64,000 bases of DNA from Selaginella moellendorffii (lineage: Eukaryota; Plantae; Lycopodiophyta): assembly GCF_000143415.4 (NCBI RefSeq), contig NW_003314283.1, positions 985,734 to 1,049,733 of the forward strand. The letters are read 5' to 3'. Every line of letters starts with the position of its first letter. Position 1 is the stretch's first letter. The notes under the pieces were generated by a model that saw only the letters and a program-made list of their open reading frames with translations, was not told where the DNA came from and made no database searches. Positions 37,201-49,234 of this stretch are shown piece by piece. Both the position numbers and the translations under genes were made by a program.

Positions 37201-37903
37201 ATTTTTGGTGGAAAATCGCCAAAAGTTCATTCTATCACCCTTTCTCCTCTCACCATCTAAAAATTTATTCACATCCTTCTGTAATATATACACAATAGAA
37301 AGTATAGTTTCATTTGATTTAGACAAATTCCAAATCATCTACACAAAAATAATCCTTTTCATAGAATTCTTACACCTCATCAGGCCATAGGGGATCTTGA
37401 ATGATTTTCTTGAATCAATATGAAGTTAACTTGATTGCTTACCTCTGGAAATTGCTGTGCTGCCGCCATGCTTGATCATAAAAAAAACAAAAACGTTTTT
37501 AAGTCAATTATGGAGCAACTATCCAGTGTGAATGGAAACGTTTTTAAGTCAATTATGGAGCAACTATCCAGTGTGAATGGAAACGTTTTTAAGTCAATTA
37601 TGGGTGGAACAGGGTGGGCTGATTGAAATTTGGCGAAGTGTTGGGGCTGTGGCCACGTGGAAGTAATTAGGGCGCACGCTGGGCGCGGCGGACGTGCGGG
37701 GGCAGGTGGGAGTGCGGGCGGGAGCCGCGAGGGCGAGCGGGCAGGCGGGAGCCACGGGCGGGCGATAGCCGCCGGTGGGAGTGCACAGTGGCGACGGACG
37801 GGAGAAGGAGTGCGCTGGAGAAAAAACAAAAATAAGGCCTGATGCCACGTCACCGCAAGGTAAGCGGAGAGAGAGTGAATCAGGATGGTGTTTAACGGGA
37901 GAC
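34271..37903 (-). mobile_element. Mutator-like element (MULE) with ~240-280 bp GC-rich TIRs, 10-bp TSD and decayed transposase
   Basis: TSD CGGTGATGAC at 34261-34270 and 37904-37913; TIR ends GCCTCCCGTTAA / GTCTCCCGTTAA. Minus-strand remnants SLDATFGTN, PLYTILVF..GNGILIAW, IMIDDA, LCIWHVRR, ETNSLIEAFHANMK and SWIM finger CNCPW..GNFCKH, with many stops. Confidence 0.92.
37491..37603. repeat. 45-bp tandem repeat, 2.5 copies, inside the MULE next to the right TIR
   Basis: AAACGTTTTTAAGTCAATTATGGAGCAACTATCCAGTGTGAATGG units starting at 37491, 37536, 37581. Confidence 0.92.
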
Positions 37904-38636
37904 CGGTGATGACGGCTGCCGGCTGTCTAAATGCGCGGCTGCGGTTGTGGGGGACAACCGTGACGCGTGTCGGCGGGGTGTACGGAAAGGATGGGCCGAT
38001 TCGTCCATGGCCCAAACTCTGCCCATCGCCCGTACGCGGTCTAGCAGCTCACAAATTCCGGGCTCGCGACTGCCAGGTGGCGGTCAGAGTTCCAGCCTGG
38101 CACTCGCGGGCTTTTTCTTGCCCTTTGGAAAGCTGCCGGAATATCCACTGCCAGGCCAATAAATGATTGATAACAAAGGGGAGGGAATCTTTCGCAAGCT
38201 AAGCTTGGAAGAAAATTTAGAAACCTTTACCCTTGTTCTATATCTATTGCGCGTTTATATGTTTGGTGTTCTTGGAATTTTTCCCCTTGACGAGCGAATT
38301 CTTTCACCGGGCACAAGCGCAGCACCACAGAAAAGAAAGATGGATCATCATAGTCTTCAATGTTTGGTGGAATCGATCAGAGTCTGTCCAGAGGCAAAAG
38401 CGAAAATTAAGCAAAAAGCATTGTAGCTATGGTACCGATTTTGTTGGTGTGGATGATTCACTCAAACGTACTCTTCCTAAAGTCGTGCTGGGCTTGACAA
38501 GACTGAGCTGCTTTCACGGCAGCTTTAGCCTGTGTGGGATCGATTCGATTGCACAGGCAACAGGCACAAACTTTGCCTTGATTCGCACGTAAAACAGAGG
38601 AGACGCTTAACTGGAAACAAACTTTCGAGGATTAGT

Positions 38637-39240
38637 TCAACTTCACGGGCTGTTTATGTTTCTTACCGACGGTAGGACGATCCTGGTCTCTCCCCCAGAT
38701 GTGTACAAAGAATGCTTACAAGACACAGTGTTTTCTCCTCTCTTTTTGTTTCTCAAGCGGTCTCGATCGAATTGCTGGCGTAGCTTGTCTAGATGTTGTG
38801 ATATAAAGATATCACGGCCAGGCAAACTATGCGAATTCTGGGATCCCTTTTTTCTTCACGAGGCAGCATTCGGCTGCAAGGATAAGAAGATCAAACTCGT
38901 TGTCATACTGGTCACTGAAAGAGTTTTGACGCTTCAAGTTCCAGAACATAAGCGTCCAAGCCGGCTCGACACTAGAAACAGAGAAACGCATGTGGAGTCA
39001 CTTATTGGCATCGAGGCAGAAAAGGATAACAGTCGAAAACAGTGGAAGCTTCACAGACAAAACAAGACAAGAACTTACGAAAGATAAAACACAAACAAGC
39101 ATTGTGCAATCCAAGCTCTAGAACAAGAAAAACTTGGTGACGAGGGAAATAAACATCAAAAACCAAAACAAACAAGAGAAGAGAAAGCTTACAAGTTTAT
39201 GCGGATAGCGGTGAGCGCGAGGAGACAGAAGAGGCCGAGT
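38637..39240 (-). pseudogene. Partial decayed copy of the TMEM14/FAX-like gene (end of exon 1, exons 2-3, 3' flank)
   Basis: LGLFCLLALTAIRINL mirrors LGLFCLLALAAIRLNS; DNA collinear with ~42234-42900. A further partial copy lies at ~41684-41960. Confidence 0.75.
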
Positions 39241-40794
39241 TTTTTCCACAAATAACTCTGGGCATTTTGCTTCCAACAAAGGACATCACAGAGCATTCTT
39301 TGCAGCGGTGTGGAAACTCTTGCGAAATTTCCACCGATGATTCTGGCCACTTTGCTGGGAGAACAGCTACGTTGCTTTTCGGCAGAGATTGTATTAGTGA
39401 GTGTGGACGTTCGTTCCACCAACCGCAAGGAGATGGAGGTCTAAGCCAAGTTGTACTACATGAAATCTGTGATGCAAGACACCAACAGTTCTTTCAGAAT
39501 AAGCTAGAGAAAATAGTCGAAAGCATGGGGTCCCTCCAAACAGAAAAAGCTAGAATCATCAAAGATCTGAACCTTGATTTTGGGGAACTTTAACAACTTC
39601 TGCGACTGTAGGTTTGTTTCGTTTGGTGTCTTTGAATTTTTGCCAGGCTAGGGCTTTAATGAGCGAATCCTTTCACTGGGTCTCTCAGCAGCACCGGTGG
39701 ACTCAATCAAAGTCTGTCCAAGGAAAACAAAGGAAAAAGCTGAGGAAAAGCAATTCCTATGGAAGAAGAAGGCACAGAGGCTTCTATAGGATGCTTCAAG
39801 TTCTTTGTTGGATTGTGAAGCAATAAAACTTCAGTGAAAATTCAAACCCCCAGGAGGTTTATTAATTTTTGGTTTGCTTAAGCAAACCTGTATGGTAATA
39901 GATATACCTAGAATATGTTTGGATATTTTAAGATATTCTACCATATTAATCTTGTATTTATAATAAACACTTTTTAGTATATTCTTTTTTATTTTACTAT
40001 CTAATGGTTAATATGTAATAAGATTAATCTTGATTTATAAATTTTAAACATATTTATAATTATTGATCAATTGAATTATTCAATGACACTACTATTAAGT
40101 AAACCAAGTGTTGTTGCATCCAATGTGCAACAAATTATTTAGTTATTAAGTAAAGTAAATTATAAATTATACATTAATTTTATATGTTAAAGTTTTATAC
40201 ATTTATGTATTATGCCATAAGCAATGTAAAATATGGAGATTAGTATAAAAATGTTTTAAACATTCTATTTAAATTAGTATTGCCACAATTTACTAGAAAC
40301 ATCAAACTTTAACTTGTTGAAGGTTTTATAGTGATAAAAAATAGTATTTGTAAAACTCACTATTTTTTATCATCTTCCAGTAGTAAATAATTAATCCCAA
40401 TAATTATTTAGCCAGCATTAACAAATTTTATATAAAAGTATTAAAATTTTGTCTCATTATTAGTTTGTTTAGGTGGTAGTGGTTATACAAAAAATATGAT
40501 TGGATATTTTAAAATACTCTACCATTTAACTTAATTTTGTATTTATAATTTATAAACTTTCCTAAACACTTTTTAGTATATTCTAATTTATTCTACCACA
40601 TGTCTTGCAATTCTCTTATATCTCAAAAATATGGCAAGGAATTCTAAAAATTTATATTCTTATCAAAAAGGTCTTAGATTTGACTCTGTTAATTAACTAA
40701 GGGAATCACACAAAGGCAAATACATAAAAATCTCTTTCTCTTATTTTCTAGCTCTAGAAAATAAGAGAAAGAGATTTTTATGTATTTGCCTTCA

Positions 40795-41027
40795 TATGAG
40801 GCTTCAGCCTCGATGAAGAAAGGTTGTGAGGAATCAGCATGGATCAAAACGGGAGTAGAACTAAAGGCTACCTTGAGAGTGTCGAAGGCGTGCTGGGCAG
40901 CAGTAGACCAAGAGAAGGGAACATCCTTGCGAGTGAGATGCGTGAGAGGAAGGACAATGTCAGAGTAGTGATCAATGAATTTGTGGTAGAAGTTGGCGAA
41001 ACTAAGGAAAACCTGAACGTCCGACAT
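40795..41027 (-). mobile_element. Ty3/gypsy LTR-retrotransposon pol fragment (RT thumb / RNase H start)
   Basis: DVQVFLSFANFYHKFIDHYSDIVLPLTHLTRKDVPFSWS..QHAFDTLK.AFSSTPVL.H.D....FFIEAEAS. Confidence 0.88.
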
Positions 41028-41129
41028 TGATTGTGGAGGCTCCCACTTGAGAATAGTCTTGACTTTGGCAGGATGCTTGTAGAAGAAATCTTAGAGTGGT
41101 CATCAAAACCAAAGGTGTTACCAGAGAGA

Positions 41130-41268
41130 GAAACAACAAGTAATCACATTTTTGAGACAGTGGACACTCACCGTGTAAGTCATCGCATCCGGGAGCAGCA
41201 TCATGTGGCCTTGATCAATGCTCATTCCATGGTGTGTCTCTTGCTTCGATTCCAAGCATATTGCAAAA

Positions 41269-41307
<39 letters not shown>

Positions 41308-41585
41308 AACAATCTCAAACAATGATTACATCCAGGGAGAAATCCTCGGGATCATGAGGTTTGGGTGGCGAAGATGAAAGACAGCGTTTGGCAAGGGTTT
41401 AGTATTCTTTAAACAAGAAGATTTATATTTCTTCTTCTCATTCTCGCATCGTTTGAGACGGATCATCTCGTCACTGCGTCTGTTCAAGGGAGAACCGATG
41501 CCGCTCTGCACGGGGATTCAAGCAAGTTTTTGTTGTCGAATTTTTTCAATCCCTCGTTTCAATTGTGTGTGTTCTTCGCAGACTT
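41130..41585 (+). pseudogene. NRPC1: NRPC1 (RNA polymerase III largest subunit) 3' fragment with an internal inversion
   Basis: Plus strand TTSNHIFETV, then GEILGIMRFG.AKMKDSV..LILASFE.DHL..GEPMPL.TG; the intervening HGMSIDQGHMMLLPDAMTY reads on the minus strand (~41170-41235). Confidence 0.75.
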
Positions 41586-42413
41586 GGAAGAATTTGAAAG
41601 AAATATAGGAAAGAAAAAAGATTGTTCATGGTTTGTTTGAACCGCACAGCAGATCAAAAGAGGAGAACCTTAACAGCAGCATTACTTCAACTTCACGAGC
41701 TCTTTGTTACCGACGAAAGGACGATCCCCAGAATATTTACGTACAAAAAGGGAGAGGACACAGTGGCTTTTTCCTCTTTTTTGTTTCTCACACGAACATT
41801 GCCCGTGACCACGCCATGGCCGCGCTCATTTGCTTGCCTCGAAACGCTATTCCCCAATCTAATTGCTGGCGTACCTTGTGATATAAAGCTCTGCAGTGAG
41901 CATCACGGCCAAAACAATGCGACTATGCCTAAAAAAGGATAAGAAGATCAAACTTTGTGTTAGAGAAAATGGAGGTATGCCGCCGCGGACGAGAAGATTC
42001 CCAAATGCCAGTGCATCTTGAGAATATTCTACATGGCGATATCTCATGATTTTCTGGGATCAAAATTCGCCCATTCATAATCAAAGTTACAAAATCATAG
42101 TTGTACTTTCTTCCTTTCTTTTTTTCGTCTATCAAACTCTTCACTCGCCATGGTCCATCCAACAACAAACCTTTGCCTGGTGAGTCGCAAGTACCTCAAA
42201 AAGAAAAACGGAGAGAAACTCCACAGGAGCATTACTTCCAACTTCACGAGCTCTTTGTTGGACGATCCTGGTCTCTCCCAGATGTGTACAAAGAATATTT
42301 ACATAAGAAAGGGACAAGACACAGTCCTCTTTTTCGTTTCTCACACGAACATTGCCCATGGCTGCGCGCTCATTTGCTTGCCTCCACCCAATCTAATTGC
42401 TGGCGTACCTTGT

Positions 42414-43457
42414 CTAGATGTTGTGATATAAAGCCGCAGTGAACATCACGGCCATTGAGGCGGCAAACAATGCGACTATGCCCGCTGGACTCCCCTCTTT
42501 CTTCACGAGACAGCGTTCACCTGAAAGGAAGAAGAAGATCAAACTCACTAAAAGAGTTTAGAGCTTGCCTGTCCAGGCCATGACGCCCAAGGACGCTCCA
42601 AGTCCCACAACATAAGCGTCCAAGCCGGCTCCACTAGAGACAGAGAAACACATGTGGATTACCATCGAGGCACAAAAACAATGACAAAACAGTAGAAAAC
42701 AGTAGACGCTTCACGGACAAAACAAGATAAGAACTTGCAAGGCACAAACAAGCATAGCATTCAAACTAGGAAAGAACGCAGGCAACAAAAAAACTCAAAG
42801 AAAGGTGACCGGGGAAACAAACTTACAAGCAAACAAAAGAAGAGAAGCTTACGAGTTTAGGCGGATAGCGGCGAGCGCGAGGAGGCAAAAGAGGCCGAGT
42901 CCAGTCCGAAAGAATCCGGCGTCGAGGCTGTCATCTTTCACCCACACCGCGATGCAGTATCCCAGATGGAACGCTGCGAAGGCCAGAGTAAGAACCGGAA
43001 GAAGGAACACGTACTCTCCTCCTTCATCGTCGCCTTCTCCACCACCATCGCCACCACCATCGCCATCGTCACCACGACCTCTTCCACCGCCACACGGCCC
43101 TCCACTGCTCTTCTTGAGCGTCTTCTTATCGCAAGTTCCCATCCCATTGATCATGTCCACTGCCCAGGGACTGTATCTCATCTGTAAGTTCGTCCTCACT
43201 CCAAAATCTCGCAAGTCCCTGTCCAGGAGCTCCGGCGGCAACGCTGAATCATCGTCCCGGAAGCAAACGATGAGCTTGGAGCTCTCCTGATCGATTGCCG
43301 GCACTAGAGGCGGCAGCACCATGAGATCCTCCAGCAAACCCTGGCTACCTGTCAGCTGCGAGTAGAAATTCTTGGACGATCTCGACGCTGGCGAGTGGAA
43401 TATGTGCCTGTGGACACCGGCCTGCCACCAGTAGACGTGCGCCAGGCACTGCGCCAT
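42414..43457 (-). CDS. TMEM14/FAX-like membrane protein, 258 aa; exons 43457-42853, 42633-42569, 42520-42414 (second intron GC-AG)
   Basis: Splicing gives an intact frame: Gly/Asp-rich linker, then four hydrophobic helices ending AYVVGLGASLGVMAWTGERCLVKKEGSPAGIVALFAASM..., resembling the TMEM14 'G.R.....K..PAG.V' signature. Confidence 0.62.
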
Positions 43458-43844
43458 TCCAATGACATACAGATCGATCGCAGCCCTGGTTTCTCTCGGA
43501 TCTTTCACGCGCTCATTCCCGGAGATTCTCCTGTCTGGAAGCGATCTGGGAAGCGATCTGGGAATGCGGTCGAGCACGGTTGATCGTACCTCACCGATGC
43601 CACGTCGCGGCTGCCATAGCTCGCTTCGCCCTCGTGAAACCCTAGAAATCCAGAATACTCTTTTTTACATTAAAATTTCAATCCGCTGGCGTGGCAACAT
43701 CCGTTGCATTGGTCCACGTCACTTCAAAAATTGCAAGAGTGGAGGTGGTCACTAGGCAAGCAACTTTGCGAAGAACACCCACGCAATTGAAACGGGGGAT
43801 TTGTTAGAAGAAATTCGAGAACAAGGAGATGATTAAAAAATTTC

Positions 43845-45440
43845 CTGACTTTGAAGATCCCCATGCCAAGCGGCATCGGTTCCCCGTGGAGACAGACCCG
43901 GCAAAGAGATGATCCGTCGTCTTCTCGAGCGATACGAGAATGAGAATGCTACTTTTCATCTTTGCCACCCAAACCTGGATCTATGAAGCAAACAATCCTT
44001 GCGAAAAAAAACAGAGAGAGAAATTTTGCGATACCTTGTAAGTCATAACGTCAGCCCATTGTGTACTGAATCTCTTTGATAATTCCACTCCGCGCTGCTT
44101 CGTTTCCAAGCACCTCGACTGTCTCAAAGATGTGATTACCCGTCAACACCTTCGGGTCCCATGACCGCGTCTAAGGTTTGAAAAAAATGGAGATCATCAC
44201 ACTAGAAAAATAATAAAGAGAGAGGTTCTTAAGAGAGTTGTATTTGCCTTTCTCCTCTCACTCAGTCGGAATTCCCTGCTATGTTTTTGAGATGGTTGCG
44301 AGAACGCATATTATCGTTTACCTTCACGATAGACCTTGGGAAGCATGTTTTGAAGTGAATGACGAGCATTTTCTTGCGATCAAACCCAGGTGTTAACGAA
44401 ATGCTTCGATGGTCGTTCACCTTAACATGTTGCACACAAGGCATATTAGAACAAGTTTTAACTGAACGCACACAAAACCTGTTCATAGATTGTAACAACA
44501 GCTTCTGCGACTGTTTCAGCTCTGATATCAAGCTGGAGGGAGTAAATTCTCTTCATGCAGCCACGCCGCAAGACCATCTTTATGCTCTTCCGTGAGAAAT
44601 ATTCCATTGTACAAATATGTCACTTACATCTCCAAAGTGCAGCTTTCTCAATATCTCTTTGATACGAGGAACACCGAGAGTAATATGTTGACAAAAAAAC
44701 ACAAGAGCATAGTTAGATAAATAAGATTACAACGAGAAGGACTTACTCATACTAGCCACTCCAGCAAAGTGAAAAGTTTTCAACGTCATCTGCATTCCAG
44801 GTTCTCCAATACTAAATGGTTCCAACAAGTTTTTTTTTTTGTGGTACCATCTAATGCACGTGTTCAGAAAGACCTGCAATAGCGCTCATATATAACTGTT
44901 CCACGAACCTCCAACTAGCATTTGCTGGCAACATTTTCATCGTCCAAATTACCAGCCTTTTCCTGGTATTGAACTCCTTCAAGAATTTTCTTAGCGAGTC
45001 CAAGAAAGCTGGAGCCGCTACCCGTGGACAAGCTGCCTGAGAGAACAGATTAGAAACAAATCCAAAGAAGTTTTGTAAGGCACCTTAGCTTACGCAGTCC
45101 AGATTCAAGGGCGTTCCGTTCTGAATCTCCATGCTTACGGGATCCTTTGTATCGTCCTCATAGATGCACATATATGCCAGATGATATATGAACTGTACCA
45201 TCGTGAAAGATCGTCCAAAGCTTTCATTAAACGTCTGGACATGTATCCAGTTTCAGCAGTTTTCACATGCAATGACATGTCAAATTCTGATCATTTGATG
45301 CAAAAGAAAGAGACTTACCACATTATCGGTGAGACCCTTGTGAGTAGCGACCATAGTGTGGAAAAATAAATTATGTTGCTGTTAGACCCAAGCAGGTAAA
45401 GTAATTAATGCCCTTCAGGCCATTTTTTGGCCATTTTACC
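43845..45440 (-). pseudogene. NRPC1: NRPC1 (RNA polymerase III largest subunit) pseudogene, 3' half, intron-containing, with deletions and frameshifts
   Basis: VKTAETGYMSRRLMKALDDL; [22 protein letters not shown]|.ITLGVPRIKEI (Pol III-type); NHIFETVEVLGNEAAR..IIKEIQYTM; ADVMTYK|; AKMKSSILILVSLEKTTDHLF; PMPLGMGIFKV. Confidence 0.88.
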
Positions 45441-47214
45441 CTGCAAAAATTGGTGTTTTTTCAAAATGCTTTAAATTTTGAGTAGAAATTACCAGAATTT
45501 ATTTAACATGATTCCATGTAGCCCTTTTTCTTGGAAGGCAATAAAATAGAATATTCTTTTAGAATATATTTTTTCTTTCTTAAGGGATGAATGAATATTC
45601 CAAATTTAATGAGCATGGCACTTTTCTCCATGAAGTGTATATTTTTATAGAGAACAAAATCCTTCCTACCTCTAAAGGTCTCATACTGGTAAATGATTAT
45701 GAAATGGGGGTTTTATAATCTAAGTTAAACATAATATGTACCTAAAATAGTCTAGAAATTTTGGTAAAAACCATCCTCACTATTTAAGTAGTTTCTAAAA
45801 TTAAAAATTCATCTGAACCTATATAATTGTTATTCACAATGTTCTGGTTTAAAAGAGATTTTTTGGGGCCAAGTAAAATGGGAATATTGAAGTTTGCCAC
45901 AAGCATGAAAATTTCTATTGTATATTTTAACATTTTGATATCTTAATATTTCAAAAATTTGATATTTCAAAAGTTGACCACCACACATTAGGCTAAAAAC
46001 ATATAGATAGCATTCAAAACACTTATTCATTCATTCATTTTTTAAAGTTTTACAAAGATATGAAACACAGAAGGCAAATAATCTATAAGTAGTTGTAGCA
46101 TAAAATAATGTGAGAATGTTAACTTTTTATTACTACTAAAATCCTTATATTACACTCTTATTCATTATGACCATTAATAAAAATGCTTTTGTTATTTTTG
46201 AAATAACATTTCAGAGCAAGAGAAAAGAATAAACAGACAGTATGGTAGAAAGAACAAAAAGTCTACTCTATAGAATTTTCTATAGCATTTATAATTCACT
46301 TAATATTATAAATAAAAACATGCTGTTTATTTATTTCCCATTCCTCTTTATATAAGCATGATATATTATAGTAGTGCATCTCTATAATAGTATAAGTATG
46401 TAGTATATTCATCTTGTATTATATGATATGAATGATATATATGAATAAAAAAGTCAAATCTATATATATTTTCAAGATTAAAAGGTAATCATACAAAAAG
46501 GTGTGTTTGCATGCTTGTGTGTGTTTGCTATTATTCTAAATGGTAAACTTACTAGAGCTTTATATTAATTATGAGCTTCTGGAACCCTAGAGCCTACCAA
46601 GATTGATAATTAAGATTTGGTCTATTGCCATGTTATAATAAAACCTTATTCTTGAGTATATTAATCAGTAACAAACAATATAGTCATTAAAGAATTCTTG
46701 AGAATTTAATTCTTTTTTGAGTGTTAGAATAGTTAGAAAGAAGTGTATTTTTGGTCCTGGAAGATTCTCATTTAATTCTCCACCTCCATCCCCGAACTCA
46801 AACAACAATCCACCTTCAACTCCAAGCAATAATTTTTTAGAAGTCTTTATAACAATTGTTTCATTTATAGCCTTAAGTACAACTAAATAGGAGTTTCTTT
46901 TTTATGATGTTGTTATAAGAGTTAAAGTGCTCTAAGAGTGATATCACTATTTTCATCAAAATTCTTTTCTAGATATGACTAGAGAGCTTGAATGTGTAAA
47001 TATATACAATCTTCGATGTCCACTTTTATTTAAACAAGATAGATAATTCTATAGGTTTGGTAAATTTTCTTGAGCATTTTCACTAATACACAAGAGTTGG
47101 TTTGGAAAATCTGTATATGTGGATGTACAAAAAAATCAAGGAGTTAAAAATATACAACTACTATGATTTCATAGTGAAGAAAAATATTCTATTGGCAAAC
47201 ACTGCATTAGTGAG

Positions 47215-47445
47215 TGTTAAATCTAATATAGTGGCTGATGCTTTATCTTATATTCATCATGTAACAAAGCTACACTCATAGTTTTATTATCATTTAAGTA
47301 AAGTGGTTAGTGAATTTAGACAATTGGTTGAGCATGTTTAGATTTAGAATGTTGAGGTAGTCTCTTTACAAGTCTAGATAAAAGCCCCTTTTTCATTGAT
47401 GGATGGAATTCTATACTATAATGGTTGTGTATATTTGCTATGGGT
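47215..47445 (+). mobile_element. Highly decayed gypsy-like pol remnant
   Basis: KSNIVADALS followed by FSLMDGILYYNGCVY within an AT-rich, CpG-poor block. Confidence 0.45.
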
Positions 47446-49234
47446 GGATGTATTGATAAATAAGGTTTTATTCCACTATCACTATAATGAGTACAATTTT
47501 ATTGATTTCTTTTTTAAGTTTAGTTCATTATGAGAAAAGTGTAGAATTTTTATATTTTTTTAGAACGATAGTATTTTGTATAAACACATGATTATATATA
47601 TTTATAGTACAAGTGGTTTGAACATTGTTATAATTCTGAAGCCCCATTTATGAGACAAGCAATCTAAAATATCAAGAATATATGTATTGTTAGTGCATAA
47701 TAAAAACTCACTCCCTAAAGTTTAACATAATATAAATATTGATAGGAATGCTTTACCATTCAAGTTTTAATTTGTTTGGTGTATAGGAAAGAATGTTAAT
47801 AGTACTCACACTTGGCTCTTATGCATTTTATATAAGTCTCCACCTCCATCTTTAACTTTTACTAATATTTTACTTTTGTAGCATATATGGTTTTCACCCT
47901 TTATCCTATAGTGATTTACCATAGAATAATCACGAAGTGGAACCTAAACCCTCTATGTGCCATGTGTCACATGCCATATGCCATATGTCCAAGGACAGCA
48001 AATCAGAACCCAAGTTTCAAGGCCTTAGGCTATTGAATAAAGGAATAGGGCCAAATTCCCAAACTTGCAACTAAAGAGTGAAGGAATTGGAACATAAAAC
48101 AACTCTTGAGCATTCATCCCAAGGAGCAAAGAGACAAGTGTATAGATTGATTTAGAATAGTCATAGAGTTTTTAGCATCCAAATGCTAGAATTAGCATGC
48201 AAAATAGAGCCAAACAAAATTTAGCATTATTTTAGCATATTGGTGATCTAATGTGAGGATATAAGTACTCCACCAACTAACATGGTATGGAACTTGGGTT
48301 TAAACCTAAGCCAATGCAAAATAATGACAGGCATGCAAATAAGAGCTAAATTATGCCTTAGGTTGGTCAGTCATGCTCAACTTACCTATTATCCTTACTA
48401 TACGTTTAAAACCCCCCACAACCCCCCTGTTTAAGGAACACATGCTTTCAACTTTCACCTTTAGCCACTCTTAGTACCAGGAGTTAGTCTCTTGGATTAA
48501 CTCAAAACTTACTAAATGTAGAATGATGCTAAATTATGAATTTAGATATAGGAAGAACACCATTGTGTTCAAGACAATGTCTACATTCTGTAGATATGCC
48601 AAATTAGCAAATCTAGATATTTCTCATAAATAGCAATTGAGACTTAACAGAACTAATATATAATGCATGATAGTGAGGGTGTTTGGCAGACACAGTAAAC
48701 TATCTAGTGATATTGAGAGATTAGTCTCAATATGCAAGGGTTCTTGTCAAATTAATGCAAAATAGAGTAAAAGAGAGGTAAAATCCAAGTTGAATATACT
48801 TAGTAAGAAATACATAGAAGTTCCTTCCTTATATTCATTTGGCTAAGTACAAATGCTAAACCCAATTTACTAACACTTGAAAAAAAGGGGTTGAAAAGGG
48901 AACCAACAATACCAACCTTCTGCCATTGTGGTAGTAAAGAAACAATATCAGAAAAGACTAGTTGACATATAACTTTCAATACCTATAATCACATTTACAA
49001 TACTTTCCCCCTATTATGGAAGATTAATGTCCTTATCAATGCATACTTTAATCTAGACCACTGCTAAGGAAACAACTCTAGAAAAAACTTATAGTGAGCA
49101 CACTTCATGAGAAATGCACCAACTTAAATAAGTTAAGGTAACTTTTCTGTTTAACACAAATATGCTACAACTCAGACACTTTTGCTACTTTGGGTGTCAT
49201 TCAACTTACAAAAGTGTGATATGCCTCTATTTGC

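Noticed and set aside
37491-37603. CRISPR-like array
   Set aside because: Whole 45-bp units are identical, with no unique spacers; a simple tandem repeat within the MULE.
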